The notes under the pieces were generated by a model. The model saw only the letters and a list, made by a program, of their open reading frames with translations, made no database searches and was not told where the DNA came from. 64,000 nucleotides of DNA from a virus: positions 1 to 64,000 of IMG/VR virus record IMGVR_UViG_3300030117_001886; one strand, written 5' to 3'. Positions within the stretch are counted from its first letter, which is position 1. Each line of letters starts with the position of its first letter. A program made the translations under genes and the position numbers. Positions 11,549 through 21,027 of this stretch are shown piece after piece.

Positions 11549-12268
11549 TTAAAAAGGTGCTTCGTTAAGCTGTCTAGGCAATGGCTCGCCGCAGTATGTA
11601 TTCCATTTAATAGGTATATCAAGAAACTCGTTAATTCTACTAAAACTATGGCTAGTATGGAAACCTGCACGACCAGCAGTATACGAATCAGCTGCGGGAT
11701 GAGGTGCTTTAACAATCTTGTTATTTCCTTGTATAAATTTTTCATACTCTTGTGCTTTTTTGCCCCATAGAACATAGACAATATTGTCCTTGTTCTTTGA
11801 CAGACTGGTTAATAATTGTTTTGTAAATTCAAACCACAGTGCGGTATGTGATCCGGCCTTGCCTTTCTCTACAGTCAAAGCAGTGTTAAGTAATAACACG
11901 CCTTGTTCTGCCCAGCTAGTTAGATCATAGTCAAAGTCTAAGCAAAGAGTATCATATTCATACTCTAATGCTTTTTTAATCCAAGCAAGGCTAGGACTAA
12001 CTTTGAATCCGTTATGACTATTAGCAAAAGCTAAACCGGTTGCACTACCGTCGTGGTATGGATCTTGTCCAAGTATAACTACTCTAGTATCTTTCAGTTG
12101 GCAAAGTTTAAAAGCACGAAACGTAAGTTTGGTATCAGGATACACAATCTTACGCTCTGCTTTATTCTTTTTCAATACTGTAATTAGATTCTTAAAGTAA
12201 TTAGATTTAATTATAGGATCAAATAAGGGAAGCCAGTCCCCTACTTGATTTTCTATTGCTTTACTCAT
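11549..12268 (-). CDS. ung: Uracil-DNA glycosylase (family 1)
   Basis: Motifs GQDPYH, GLAF, PSL, GVLLLNTALTV, LWG and PHP. Confidence 0.95.
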   Translation of the reverse strand: MSKAIENQVGDWLPLFDPIIKSNYFKNLITVLKKNKAERKIVYPDTKLTFRAFKLCQLKDTRVVILGQDPYHDGSATGLAFANSHNGFKVSPSLAWIKKALEYEYDTLCLDFDYDLTSWAEQGVLLLNTALTVEKGKAGSHTALWFEFTKQLLTSLSKNKDNIVYVLWGKKAQEYEKFIQGNNKIVKAPHPAADSYTAGRAGFHTSHSFSRINEFLDIPIKWNTYCGEPLPRQLNEAPF

Positions 12269-12818
12269 AAGTATTTTCTTTTAGATTAAACATTTCAAAC
12301 AGTTCAGAATCATTTCCTAGTTCTACACCTAGTTTATCTTCTAGGTATCGTCTTCTCTCAGGATACTTGTATAGTATACTACAAAGAGGAGACTCAATAA
12401 CTAGCTCATGAAACTTTCTAATACGACTTTTTAATAAGCTAGATACTTTAGAATATTTACCATCCAAGATTAGAAAGATGTCATCTTCATATACTCCTGG
12501 TATAGCAAATTTTACAAGTGTTGTATCATTTGTATCAAGCACTTCTTGAAAAGTTCTAAATAAATGAAATGCAGCAATCATATCTTTAAACTTAGGATCA
12601 TTAGTTTTCCTGTACAGTATAGCAATACAAAAGTCATTCTTATGTTTACAATATACGTTTACAATTTGTTTTGGCATATATTGAAACTTATGTCCAGGCA
12701 TCATTGGTAATATTAAATGATACGAAAGACTATACTTTTGTCCTGTTATCTGTTTTAACGTTAGGCCCTTAGACATCAGCTTCAATGTTAAATGCTTCTT
12801 CACTGCCATCAAACTCAC
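12261..12818 (-). CDS. Hypothetical protein
   Basis: 185-aa ORF overlapping its neighbours in the operon; start uncertain (possibly the Met at 12776). Confidence 0.65.
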   Translation of the reverse strand: MSLMAVKKHLTLKLMSKGLTLKQITGQKYSLSYHLILPMMPGHKFQYMPKQIVNVYCKHKNDFCIAILYRKTNDPKFKDMIAAFHLFRTFQEVLDTNDTTLVKFAIPGVYEDDIFLILDGKYSKVSSLLKSRIRKFHELVIESPLCSILYKYPERRRYLEDKLGVELGNDSELFEMFNLKENTYE

Positions 12819-13494
12819 TTACCTTTTTAAGTATGTATACAAGTTTAAATGTTTCTGCAAATTTTTCAACTGCCTCAGGCGTATCAAATTTAGCCATGTA
12901 CTGACTTAAAACAACTTGGTGATGATTTAAAACATTAGGCATATTATCAATAATAGCATCAGCAGTTTTAGGGCCAAGGCCAGGTATGCCAGGAATACCA
13001 TCAGTACTATCGCCCATAAGGACCTGCTTCCAAAGAAAGTCTTTAGCATGTTGCTCACTTGTTTCATAAAATTCTGCTTTTTGATAGTTATAATGTTTAC
13101 CAGGCATTTGTTGAAGAACGTCCTTATCAGGACTAGATATTACAGCTTCATAGCCTTTAGATGTAAAATAATCTTTTGCTATGCCAACCATATCATCTGC
13201 TTCATAACCAGACACGCCTCTAAACTTATGAACCTGTTGTACATGCGCACGAAGCGCATAAAATATTGGAGGCTTCATGGCCCCCTTTCTATTATATTTA
13301 TAAGGCTTAGTCTTAGCTACATCGTATCTAAAACATTTACCTAGTGTTAAGTATCCTATATAGCTTTCAGCTCCCGTCTCTAGTATTATTTGTTCTATTC
13401 TTTGATCTATTCCTTGTATTGCCTCTTCTAAGGTATCTCTACCCATTTCAAAATACAGTAGGCTATCTGCATCTATAAGTACTATCTTACTCAT
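12769..13494 (-). CDS. 5'-3' exonuclease (PIN/FEN, T7 gp6/RNase H-like)
   Basis: LIDADS, YKYNR, EADD, DKD and the helix-hairpin-helix GDSTDGIPGIPGLGPKTA. Confidence 0.92.
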   Translation of the reverse strand: MSKIVLIDADSLLYFEMGRDTLEEAIQGIDQRIEQIILETGAESYIGYLTLGKCFRYDVAKTKPYKYNRKGAMKPPIFYALRAHVQQVHKFRGVSGYEADDMVGIAKDYFTSKGYEAVISSPDKDVLQQMPGKHYNYQKAEFYETSEQHAKDFLWKQVLMGDSTDGIPGIPGLGPKTADAIIDNMPNVLNHHQVVLSQYMAKFDTPEAVEKFAETFKLVYILKKVSEFDGSEEAFNIEADV

Positions 13495-13521
13495 GTTAAT
13501 AGGATTTAAAGTTAAGACACC

Positions 13522-13547
13522 AATAAGGGGACCTTCGTCCCCTTATT
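13522..13547 (-). terminator. Hairpin terminator after rIIB
   Basis: Perfect 11-bp stem AATAAGGGGAC-CTTC-GTCCCCTTATT. Confidence 0.7.
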
Positions 13548-13566
13548 AGAATCATGATCAAACAAA

Positions 13567-14736
13567 TTACAGAGCGTTGATCTCTGCAATGTCTTTATCG
13601 CAAGAAGCTTTGCATTCTGTGTATGCTTCGACTGCTTCTTTGCGCATCTCTTCCCACTCTTCGTCAGTCTTAGCTGCATAAGTAGAACTATGATATATAG
13701 AACCATTTACACCAGCTAGTGAAGAATGTACAAAATACTGTAGGCATCTGATTGCACCAGTCTCATCGTCAGGCACTGCACCAATATGCATAGGATCAAC
13801 AAAGATGTTGTGAATCTCACCGCTGTAGTATGCAATGTACTTAAGACCACCGAAGTGTAAACCCTTAACACAAGATGCATTGTCGTTTGTATTCACATAA
13901 GACCAATCTGGCAATCTGTGTGTACAACCAACTTTGATAAAGTGTCCTGCATTAGGGTATCCGTTAGGTCCTTCGCAGTAAAATGCATCACCGCTGTTAC
14001 CCATAACAGCTGGCTCAAACAATCTATCTTCTACAAACTCAGGCAATCCACCTTCCTCAATCTCACCTGTATCAGGATTGAATGTACGCTTGTAACGATC
14101 TATCATCTCACCAGTTTCTGTGTCATACGCATGCATAATCTCACTAGATACCTTGTAGCCATTAAGTAAACCTTCTTGAGTAATCTTCATCTGATACATA
14201 GTAGCTCTACGCTCAGCAACTTCTTCACTCAAGCCGTGATCCTCTAGCAACTCTGTTTTAAGTTTAGGATGTACATACTGCAAGTTTACAAAGTTAAAGA
14301 ACTTCTCAGCAAATTTGTCTCCTCTATTAGCATCCATCTTCTTCTTTAAGATAGGGTTACGTAAGAATCTAATCCACATCTTAACAAGAGGCATAAAGTC
14401 TACACCTTTGTCAAGTGATTCAAAGATACGGTCAACCAAAGCTTGTGGCATAGGTATACTAGATACTACACCTTCGTGCTTCAAAAAGAACTCACCGGTT
14501 CCCTCATTGACATGAATCCATTGGCATTCAGTTTCTACAGTTGTTTTGTAGTCTTGGACTGTAAGCTTAGCAAACTCTTCCATGAGTGCATTGTACTCGT
14601 CCATAGTTGTAACAGACTCCTGTCTGTCAGATAACTCCATCATCTTTTTATAAGTGTCCTCGGAGTAGTTAACACTAAACGGCGTGTCGCCGTACGAACC
14701 AGATATTTGGTTCTCAATAACATTAATTGTAATCAT
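13567..14736 (-). CDS. rIIB: rIIB-like protein
   Basis: C-terminal NDNASCVKGLHFG...VDPMHIGAVP...RCLQYFV resembles the rIIB signature; lies directly downstream of an rIIA-like gene. Confidence 0.75.
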   Translation of the reverse strand: MITINVIENQISGSYGDTPFSVNYSEDTYKKMMELSDRQESVTTMDEYNALMEEFAKLTVQDYKTTVETECQWIHVNEGTGEFFLKHEGVVSSIPMPQALVDRIFESLDKGVDFMPLVKMWIRFLRNPILKKKMDANRGDKFAEKFFNFVNLQYVHPKLKTELLEDHGLSEEVAERRATMYQMKITQEGLLNGYKVSSEIMHAYDTETGEMIDRYKRTFNPDTGEIEEGGLPEFVEDRLFEPAVMGNSGDAFYCEGPNGYPNAGHFIKVGCTHRLPDWSYVNTNDNASCVKGLHFGGLKYIAYYSGEIHNIFVDPMHIGAVPDDETGAIRCLQYFVHSSLAGVNGSIYHSSTYAAKTDEEWEEMRKEAVEAYTECKASCDKDIAEINAL

Positions 14737-14755
14737 GATTTAATTAATTTAGTTA

Positions 14756-14787
14756 CAAAGTTAATATAAAAATTTTGTTTATACAAA
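14756..14787 (-). promoter_or_regulatory. Bacteroidota primary-sigma promoter for rIIB
   Basis: Minus strand TTTG (14787-14784)-N20-TAACTTTG (14763-14756). Confidence 0.7.
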
Positions 14788-14883
14788 TAATTAGGGCTGA
14801 GAATGAGCGACGCAACCGTCTGATTCTCAATTAAGTACATATTGCCTCGTCAGGACTTACGCTCTTGCACACCCATAATTATT

Positions 14884-17619
14884 TTACCAATCTAGTCTAC
14901 CTTTAGCATCCAGGTAAACCTTGATTTCTTTGATAAGATCCTGGTCCAAATTCTCATCACTATTGGGACTATATGATATATACTCAATAGAATTCAATAG
15001 CGTATGCACGCCTTCAGACCACTCTTCAAGTTCATCAAACTTATCCATCAACTCTTGGTCTTGCCCAACAGCTTCTGGTATATCTAACACAAATAACTCA
15101 CGACTTTTCTGCTGTATGGCAGCGGCGTCATCGTTATCTTTGCAGAAGTTATGCATTTCTACAATCTTCTCGACCATAGGAAATATATCAGTATCTTTCA
15201 TCCACTGACTTGTTCTTACATCTACATCAGCCGCATTGTATACAGCCTCATACTTTTCAAACAAGTCTGGATTAATATCCTTAAGACAATATAAATATGT
15301 CTTACCTGTAATACTATTCATCTTATCTGCAGTGTACCATTTTATTGCGTATTCATCCATAGTATATCCTCCATTAGGTGTTAATTGTAAAAAGAATTCA
15401 TCAATGTGTTTAACATTAGGGTTCATACTAATGTGTTTAACATTGCTCTGTGAGACTCTGATAATCTGTGGCGTATCCCAATCAAAGTTAGTATTGTGAT
15501 ATACCGTACCATCTTCTTTAGTCTCAGTTCTTGGTATTACCGCAGAACTATTACTAAATCTAACAGGTGGTGTATCAAAGAAAAACACTCTATCGTCATC
15601 TCCAAGTTGCCATCTCAGTATATCTTTATATACTTCATTCATTGTAGGAGCAAAAGGATGTATCATACCACAAGCTACCATCAACTTGTCATCATCAGCT
15701 GCAGTACCATAGTAGGTAGTACGCTGAGTCTTCATAAGATCTTTTACCTTTGGTTCAATCTTATCTCTGATGTAGCGATTGTTACTACCTGATGCATGCC
15801 AATGCTTTTCGTTGTATCTAAAAGTGTATGCAACCATACGCTCTTCTATCTTACGACGTTCAGCTGGCGTGATGTTCTCGAACTGTGCAACCTCCTTAGC
15901 CTTAGCAATCTCGTCTTTGTATTCTTCTAGCCACTCTTCGTCTACCTCCATGTCATCATAATAACGACTATGTGTAGACTGTTCAATTAGCTCAAGAACT
16001 CTAGCACGTTTAGCTACACGCTTAGCATGTCTCTTCTTGTTCTCAGCAGAGTCAAGAACATAATTGTGGTTAAAATCGCCAAGCTTGATACAAATGATAG
16101 GACCATCACACTCGTGTATAAGATACATATCTTTGTACTTGCTATGATTCTCGTCACCCATTATAAAGATATTGTTATCTCTTAATTGGCTATAATCATT
16201 AATAGCAACTCTCTCTATAGTATCATCACCACTGCGGTAGTCTCTATTTTTAGTTATTACCTCAACCTTCATACCTTGGAACAAAGTTTTTACAGACTCA
16301 TTCTTAAGTCTAGGGTCTGGGCCAAACTTAGGCTTGAGTTGTTCTTGATCAATAATGTTAGACAATCTACCAAGTACACTACCGCTATCAGCTTTAGTCA
16401 AGACTTGCTTACAAGCTATCAACCAAGACACAAAGTCTGTTTGCTTTAGCTCTTCTTGTACAATCTCACTAGCCTCATCAGCAGCTGCTTCAATTACAGA
16501 CTTGATGTATGCTTTAGTGTTCTCATTCCATATCACCTTCTCACGCGACGGCGTAACATCTACACCCTCTTGCAATACAATCTCTTCACCAGTATCTGGG
16601 TCATTGATTACTTGTCTTGCAGGACATTTGAAAGCAATAGGTCCCCACATCTGCTGCATCTCCAACTCACGAAAATCAACAAAGCCATAGTTAACACCAG
16701 TTGGTGCGCCTACATCTTTAGTTAATACAATATGCGGTTTACTAAACATATATGTATCAGAGATAATCAAGTTATCAGAGTTATGCATAATTTTTGGGTG
16801 AATGTTTTCTTCCCTTTCATAGCCATCTTCTGCAATACGCTTAAATTTAATGCTAGGCATATACATCAGCTGCTCTTCAACTGCATCACGATAGTCACGT
16901 CTGTTGTGTTTCTTCACACCAAACGATACTATAGTCTGATTCTTTGCATCAGTAGGTACATAGTGCACTTTCGTTCCATCGCTAAGTACAACATGCGGGT
17001 TAGGCTTACCAGCCTCTGGGTTGAATGCAGGTACAATAAAGTCTGTCTTGTAGTTGTAGCAATTCATCTTGAACCTTTTACCATTGTGTACAGTCTCTAT
17101 AGTATAGAAATCTACACCAGTTGACAATGCAACCTTGGCACCAAGGCCAAATGCACCGAAGTTCTCAGCTGTGTTACGCTTAGTTGAATAACCAAGCTCA
17201 AGCACACCTTCCAAACGACGTGCACCAATACCAACACCATGATCATGTATACTAACTACATCGCAGTATCCTGTTCCTTCATTCTCTTTGTATGTAATTA
17301 GTACGTCATTGTTCTCTGTGTCTAGATGATCTAGATCGTAGTAACTTATATCAAAGTTACTATCACTATATTGTTCGCCGTGGCGTTCAATATAATAATC
17401 TTCAGCTTTTGCTTGACCAGTTAGTATCTCTATAGCTATCTCTTTCTCACGTTGCGCGTCAGCGCCGTTGGTAGCCAACTCTCTCACTGTGGATGGGATA
17501 GGTGTAGAGTACTGCGTAGATTGCAAAATGTCAAAGACCATTTTTTCTGCGCCCTTGTTAATCTTCTTAGCAAGGCCTTCAGATCCTTTGATCTGTTTGT
17601 CAATTGTTTTTATACTCAT
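14884..17619 (-). CDS. rIIA: rIIA-like protein with N-terminal GHKL (HSP90-like) ATPase
   Basis: VRELATNGADA, DHGVGI, STKR, GAFGLGAK and VDVTPSREKV; paired with rIIB. Confidence 0.82.
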   Translation of the reverse strand: MSIKTIDKQIKGSEGLAKKINKGAEKMVFDILQSTQYSTPIPSTVRELATNGADAQREKEIAIEILTGQAKAEDYYIERHGEQYSDSNFDISYYDLDHLDTENNDVLITYKENEGTGYCDVVSIHDHGVGIGARRLEGVLELGYSTKRNTAENFGAFGLGAKVALSTGVDFYTIETVHNGKRFKMNCYNYKTDFIVPAFNPEAGKPNPHVVLSDGTKVHYVPTDAKNQTIVSFGVKKHNRRDYRDAVEEQLMYMPSIKFKRIAEDGYEREENIHPKIMHNSDNLIISDTYMFSKPHIVLTKDVGAPTGVNYGFVDFRELEMQQMWGPIAFKCPARQVINDPDTGEEIVLQEGVDVTPSREKVIWNENTKAYIKSVIEAAADEASEIVQEELKQTDFVSWLIACKQVLTKADSGSVLGRLSNIIDQEQLKPKFGPDPRLKNESVKTLFQGMKVEVITKNRDYRSGDDTIERVAINDYSQLRDNNIFIMGDENHSKYKDMYLIHECDGPIICIKLGDFNHNYVLDSAENKKRHAKRVAKRARVLELIEQSTHSRYYDDMEVDEEWLEEYKDEIAKAKEVAQFENITPAERRKIEERMVAYTFRYNEKHWHASGSNNRYIRDKIEPKVKDLMKTQRTTYYGTAADDDKLMVACGMIHPFAPTMNEVYKDILRWQLGDDDRVFFFDTPPVRFSNSSAVIPRTETKEDGTVYHNTNFDWDTPQIIRVSQSNVKHISMNPNVKHIDEFFLQLTPNGGYTMDEYAIKWYTADKMNSITGKTYLYCLKDINPDLFEKYEAVYNAADVDVRTSQWMKDTDIFPMVEKIVEMHNFCKDNDDAAAIQQKSRELFVLDIPEAVGQDQELMDKFDELEEWSEGVHTLLNSIEYISYSPNSDENLDQDLIKEIKVYLDAKGRLDW

Positions 17620-17630
17620 AATTTTACAAT

Positions 17631-17654
17631 AAAAAAGGGAGCTATTTGCTCCCT
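17631..17654 (-). terminator. Intrinsic terminator/attenuator just upstream of rIIA
   Basis: Minus strand AGGGAGC-AAATA-GCTCCCT followed by TTTTT. Confidence 0.65.
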
Positions 17655-18094
17655 AAGTTTTTAATTAATTCTATGGTTTTTAGTACCTGGCCCTGATTCT
17701 TGGGCAGGTATAGTACTGGTGGATCTTCCAGTTGCATCAAATGATTTTTAAACATCTTCCATTTGATGGGAAAAACGTCGTTAGCGTAACCCTTGACCTC
17801 TATAATCCATTTACCATTAGGGTCAACAAAGTCAGGTGTGTATGTTATATCTCTAACTTTTTTAGTATTATCTACATATCCTTTTCTTTTATCAGGCTCA
17901 TAACATTCTGCCTCATAATGAAATCCTTGTAGTAGTATATACTTTTTCTTTTCGTATAGAGATTTTATACCTGCATCCTCTAGTTTCATATACGTAAAAA
18001 GTTCAAGCTTAGACCTGAACTTAATACCTTTATAAACCTTAGCGGTAGCATTTTGTACCTTTTTGTTTTTTGATTTACGCGTTCTTCGTTTCAC
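17642..18094 (-). CDS. PD-(D/E)xK endonuclease (DUF1064 / T7 endonuclease I-like, probable Holliday junction resolvase)
   Basis: YKGIKFRSKLE, YTPDF and IEVKG. Confidence 0.82.
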   Translation of the reverse strand: MKRRTRKSKNKKVQNATAKVYKGIKFRSKLELFTYMKLEDAGIKSLYEKKKYILLQGFHYEAECYEPDKRKGYVDNTKKVRDITYTPDFVDPNGKWIIEVKGYANDVFPIKWKMFKNHLMQLEDPPVLYLPKNQGQVLKTIELIKNLGSK

Positions 18095-19086
18095 TATAAT
18101 TGTATGTCTATCAATGTTTTTAATCCTCCTGTTTCCTTAAATTTAGCAATATAATCTGACAAATCTTTTACTCCATAATCCTCTGGTAAATAAATATTTC
18201 TTATTGGATAATATTTTTTACATATCTTAGCAGCCATGGTCTGACCAGGATTGCTTGGATTAGTAAAATCGTTATCATAAAATACTGCTAGCTTTTCAAA
18301 TCGTTGTTTGAGTTCTTCTATTATTTCCCTGCTTGGCAACTGCATTTCTGATTGCATGGCGACAGCGGGGATACCCATCTCGAAGAGGCACATAACGTCT
18401 TTGAGACTAGATGTAATAATACAGAGATTCCCTGTTTTAGGTAATTGATCATATCCTTGAATTTGTTTAGAGTTAGTGTTACTCATCCACTTTACCTCAT
18501 CACGAGGTGAGTAGATTTTGTATTTAGTTCCTATCTTATATGCATAGCTGAGGTTACAACTAAATCTACTTTCATTTATCCAGTAGTGCGAGATAGGGCT
18601 AACTGCAAACTTAATCAAAGTTTTCTTACTAATCAAGTACTGAGACCAAAATTCTGCATCTTTTCTCATCCAGGGCCTAGTTTTCTTACGTATTACAACA
18701 ACTCGTTTGTTTTCTACACGCATAGAAGACTTGTATCCAAGATAGCCTTTAGTAAAAGCCATCTCTTCTTTGTATGAAGAAAGATTCAAACCAAAATCGT
18801 TATCAATAATTCTAAGAGCTGAATAAAAACTACAATTATATACAGCCATTACATATCCAAAGCAGTCAAATGTATGATCGGGATGGGCCCAATCTTTGTA
18901 GAGAAGTTTGCCGCGCCATAGTACAATACTAACGCCGGGTCTATCATCCTTTCTAAGTTCACTACAAAACTTAACTCCTATTTCTTTAAAAGAAGAACAG
19001 TAATAGCTAAAAATATCTATCTCTCTGATTTTACTCAGAACCATTTCTTTGGACAGATGATCTTCACTGCTTCTATTCTTAATCAT
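18094..19086 (-). CDS. DNA primase (TOPRIM, crAss-type)
   Basis: FCSELRKDDRP, YKDW, ITSSLKDVMCL, YDND and KDLSDY. Confidence 0.85.
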   Translation of the reverse strand: MIKNRSSEDHLSKEMVLSKIREIDIFSYYCSSFKEIGVKFCSELRKDDRPGVSIVLWRGKLLYKDWAHPDHTFDCFGYVMAVYNCSFYSALRIIDNDFGLNLSSYKEEMAFTKGYLGYKSSMRVENKRVVVIRKKTRPWMRKDAEFWSQYLISKKTLIKFAVSPISHYWINESRFSCNLSYAYKIGTKYKIYSPRDEVKWMSNTNSKQIQGYDQLPKTGNLCIITSSLKDVMCLFEMGIPAVAMQSEMQLPSREIIEELKQRFEKLAVFYDNDFTNPSNPGQTMAAKICKKYYPIRNIYLPEDYGVKDLSDYIAKFKETGGLKTLIDIQL

Positions 19087-19093
19087 AGGGCTA

Positions 19094-19101
19094 CAAATGT
19101 A
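19094..19101 (-). promoter_or_regulatory. -7 promoter element for the primase gene (near-leaderless)
   Basis: Minus strand TACATTTG ends 7 nt before the ATG at 19086. Confidence 0.5.
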
Positions 19102-19103
19102 AT

Positions 19104-19137
19104 AAAAAATGGGGAGCTATTACACTCCCCACTTTTT
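19104..19137. terminator. Bidirectional intrinsic terminator after the SSB gene
   Basis: AAAAA-TGGGGAG-CTATTACA-CTCCCCA-CTTTTT. Confidence 0.7.
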
Positions 19138-19157
19138 ATGGCCATATTACTATAATT

Positions 19158-19910
19158 TTATGATACCCAGTCATCATCTTCTGAGATAGTATCAGTCTCT
19201 GCATCTGGTGTTACAACAGCTAGTTGAGGACTAAATACTCCCCATGCTAGTGTAGTATCAAACTCTGCATTGAAAGCTCCATACTCATCGTTAATCTTCT
19301 TAACAAACAAGTCGTCTCTCTGAGGCTTAACTCTACCAAAGAACTTAGTGTATACAGATTGATACTTACCATCTTTTACACCAACTAATAGTCTTATTTC
19401 ATTGTTAGAAAGTAATCCAACCAAAGCACGAACTTCAGTTACATCACCTTTTGCAATCTTTTCTATAGTTTCAAAGTAAGCTTCGTCGCCATTAGCAACA
19501 TTAGCCCACGCTTTAGTAAAGTCTACCAAAGTATCCTCACCAATGCGCGCCTTGCGTAACCCTTCTTTCTTAAACCATTCGTATGTTGGTTCTCCATCAG
19601 AGTAACATGTTTGACCAATAGCATTAATCCATTGATTCTTTCCAGACTGAGATACACGCTCAGTTGGGTTCATAAGAATATCAAATCTAGTAGTTAGATC
19701 ATCATTCTTAACCCAAAAGGTTAATTTAAAATATTCAGTACCATTTAAGTCTGCGTAATAGTTAGGCTCACTTTTTACCATGATACCCAATTCATGCAAT
19801 TGATCCATAGTAGGATTAACTGCAATCACTTTAAAATTTGCCAGGCCAGAGTATAATTTTATACCACCACCTGATACTTCGACATTGCTGTCATTGCTTT
19901 TAATTGCCAT
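19158..19910 (-). CDS. Putative single-stranded DNA-binding protein
   Basis: KLYSGLANFKVIAVNPT N-terminus and acidic aromatic tail (EDDDWVS); sits between the recombinase and primase as in crAss-like phages. Confidence 0.6.
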   Translation of the reverse strand: MAIKSNDSNVEVSGGGIKLYSGLANFKVIAVNPTMDQLHELGIMVKSEPNYYADLNGTEYFKLTFWVKNDDLTTRFDILMNPTERVSQSGKNQWINAIGQTCYSDGEPTYEWFKKEGLRKARIGEDTLVDFTKAWANVANGDEAYFETIEKIAKGDVTEVRALVGLLSNNEIRLLVGVKDGKYQSVYTKFFGRVKPQRDDLFVKKINDEYGAFNAEFDTTLAWGVFSPQLAVVTPDAETDTISEDDDWVS

Positions 19911-19928
19911 AATAAACTAGTTTAATAA

Positions 19929-20309
19929 TTAAAATTCATCTTCTTCACCAAACTCACCTATAAAAGGATCTTCTTCTTGTAGTTCTGGTGTAGCTTCTAC
20001 AGTCATAGATGCTTCTGTGTGTACATCTACATCTGGTGCAGTTTCTACAGGGATACTAGTCTGGTTAGGATCTACAGCTGTATCATCTACAAAGTTGAAA
20101 GAAAGTTTTCTTACCTTCTTAGCTTTTTTGCCTTTCAATGTTGGGTGTTCAAACATTTGTTTTACTTCCCAAGCTTGTAAGCCATACTTGTCTTTGATAC
20201 CGTTACGATCAATACCATTGTCTAGATCTTCCAAGATCATAGATACTGTAATAGTGTTTGGTGTTTCGTTTTTTTGCGTCTCCTCGCCAGGCGTTCTTGC
20301 TTCAATCAT
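19929..20309 (-). CDS. Hypothetical protein (HTH-like N-terminus, acidic tail)
   Basis: 126-aa ORF in the operon. Confidence 0.7.
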   Translation of the reverse strand: MIEARTPGEETQKNETPNTITVSMILEDLDNGIDRNGIKDKYGLQAWEVKQMFEHPTLKGKKAKKVRKLSFNFVDDTAVDPNQTSIPVETAPDVDVHTEASMTVEATPELQEEDPFIGEFGEEDEF

Positions 20310-20328
20310 GATTTTTTAATTTAAGCGG

Positions 20329-21027
20329 TTAATCAATAAATATTTCTGACCATTTTAAAGGCATGGTCTTACCTTTTAAGTGGTGACAACGTGAGCCAGC
20401 AGTTACATCATCCATAGAGTTGAAAGAAACCATAGTCTCATCATCCTCTCTGTAGATGTAGCCAACAGCGTCAGCGTTAGCACATGTTATCTGCTTGATC
20501 TTACCAGTCAAATCAAGGTCCTTTACAGCAACCTCTTTGCCTTTCTTCTCAAGCATTTTGTCCTTTAGGTGACCAACTAAGATAACATGATCTGCTAGTG
20601 TATTCAATCTATCTATCCATTTCTTGTAGGCTATACGTAAATATAAATAGCCAGCACCATTTGGCAATGATAGGACTGATGCACCAGGGTTCTTTTGTTC
20701 AAAGTTTTTACCCATAGGTGTTTTCATATAAATTTGTTTAGCTTCTGCTTCACACCATTCCTCAAGTTTTGAGATAGTGTCAATAGCAACATACTTATAT
20801 GGTTTGCCATCTTTTACAATAGCTTTACCAACCTCAGCAAGTTCTTTCAAGTTACTAACTTTGATCTTCAAAGCATCAACCATGTCTGAACCTTCTTCAA
20901 GGTCAATAATCAAACAGTCTTTCAACTGCGATAATACTGTAGTCTTACCTATCTTAGGTGGACCATAGATTATCATGTTCTTAGGCGATTTACGGCTCGC
21001 CTTAACCACAGTTTTTGGTAATTCCAT
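20329..21027 (-). CDS. AAA_24 / Sak4-like P-loop ATPase (recombinase)
   Basis: YGPPKIGKT Walker A, IIDLEEG, VAIDT, LVGH and ADAVGY. Confidence 0.85.
   Translation of the reverse strand: MELPKTVVKASRKSPKNMIIYGPPKIGKTTVLSQLKDCLIIDLEEGSDMVDALKIKVSNLKELAEVGKAIVKDGKPYKYVAIDTISKLEEWCEAEAKQIYMKTPMGKNFEQKNPGASVLSLPNGAGYLYLRIAYKKWIDRLNTLADHVILVGHLKDKMLEKKGKEVAVKDLDLTGKIKQITCANADAVGYIYREDDETMVSFNSMDDVTAGSRCHHLKGKTMPLKWSEIFID

Noticed and set aside
14822-14856. Hammerhead ribozyme (minus-strand CTGACGAG core)
   Set aside because: The partner motif reads GAAT, not GAAA, and stems I/III with an NUH site could not be built.
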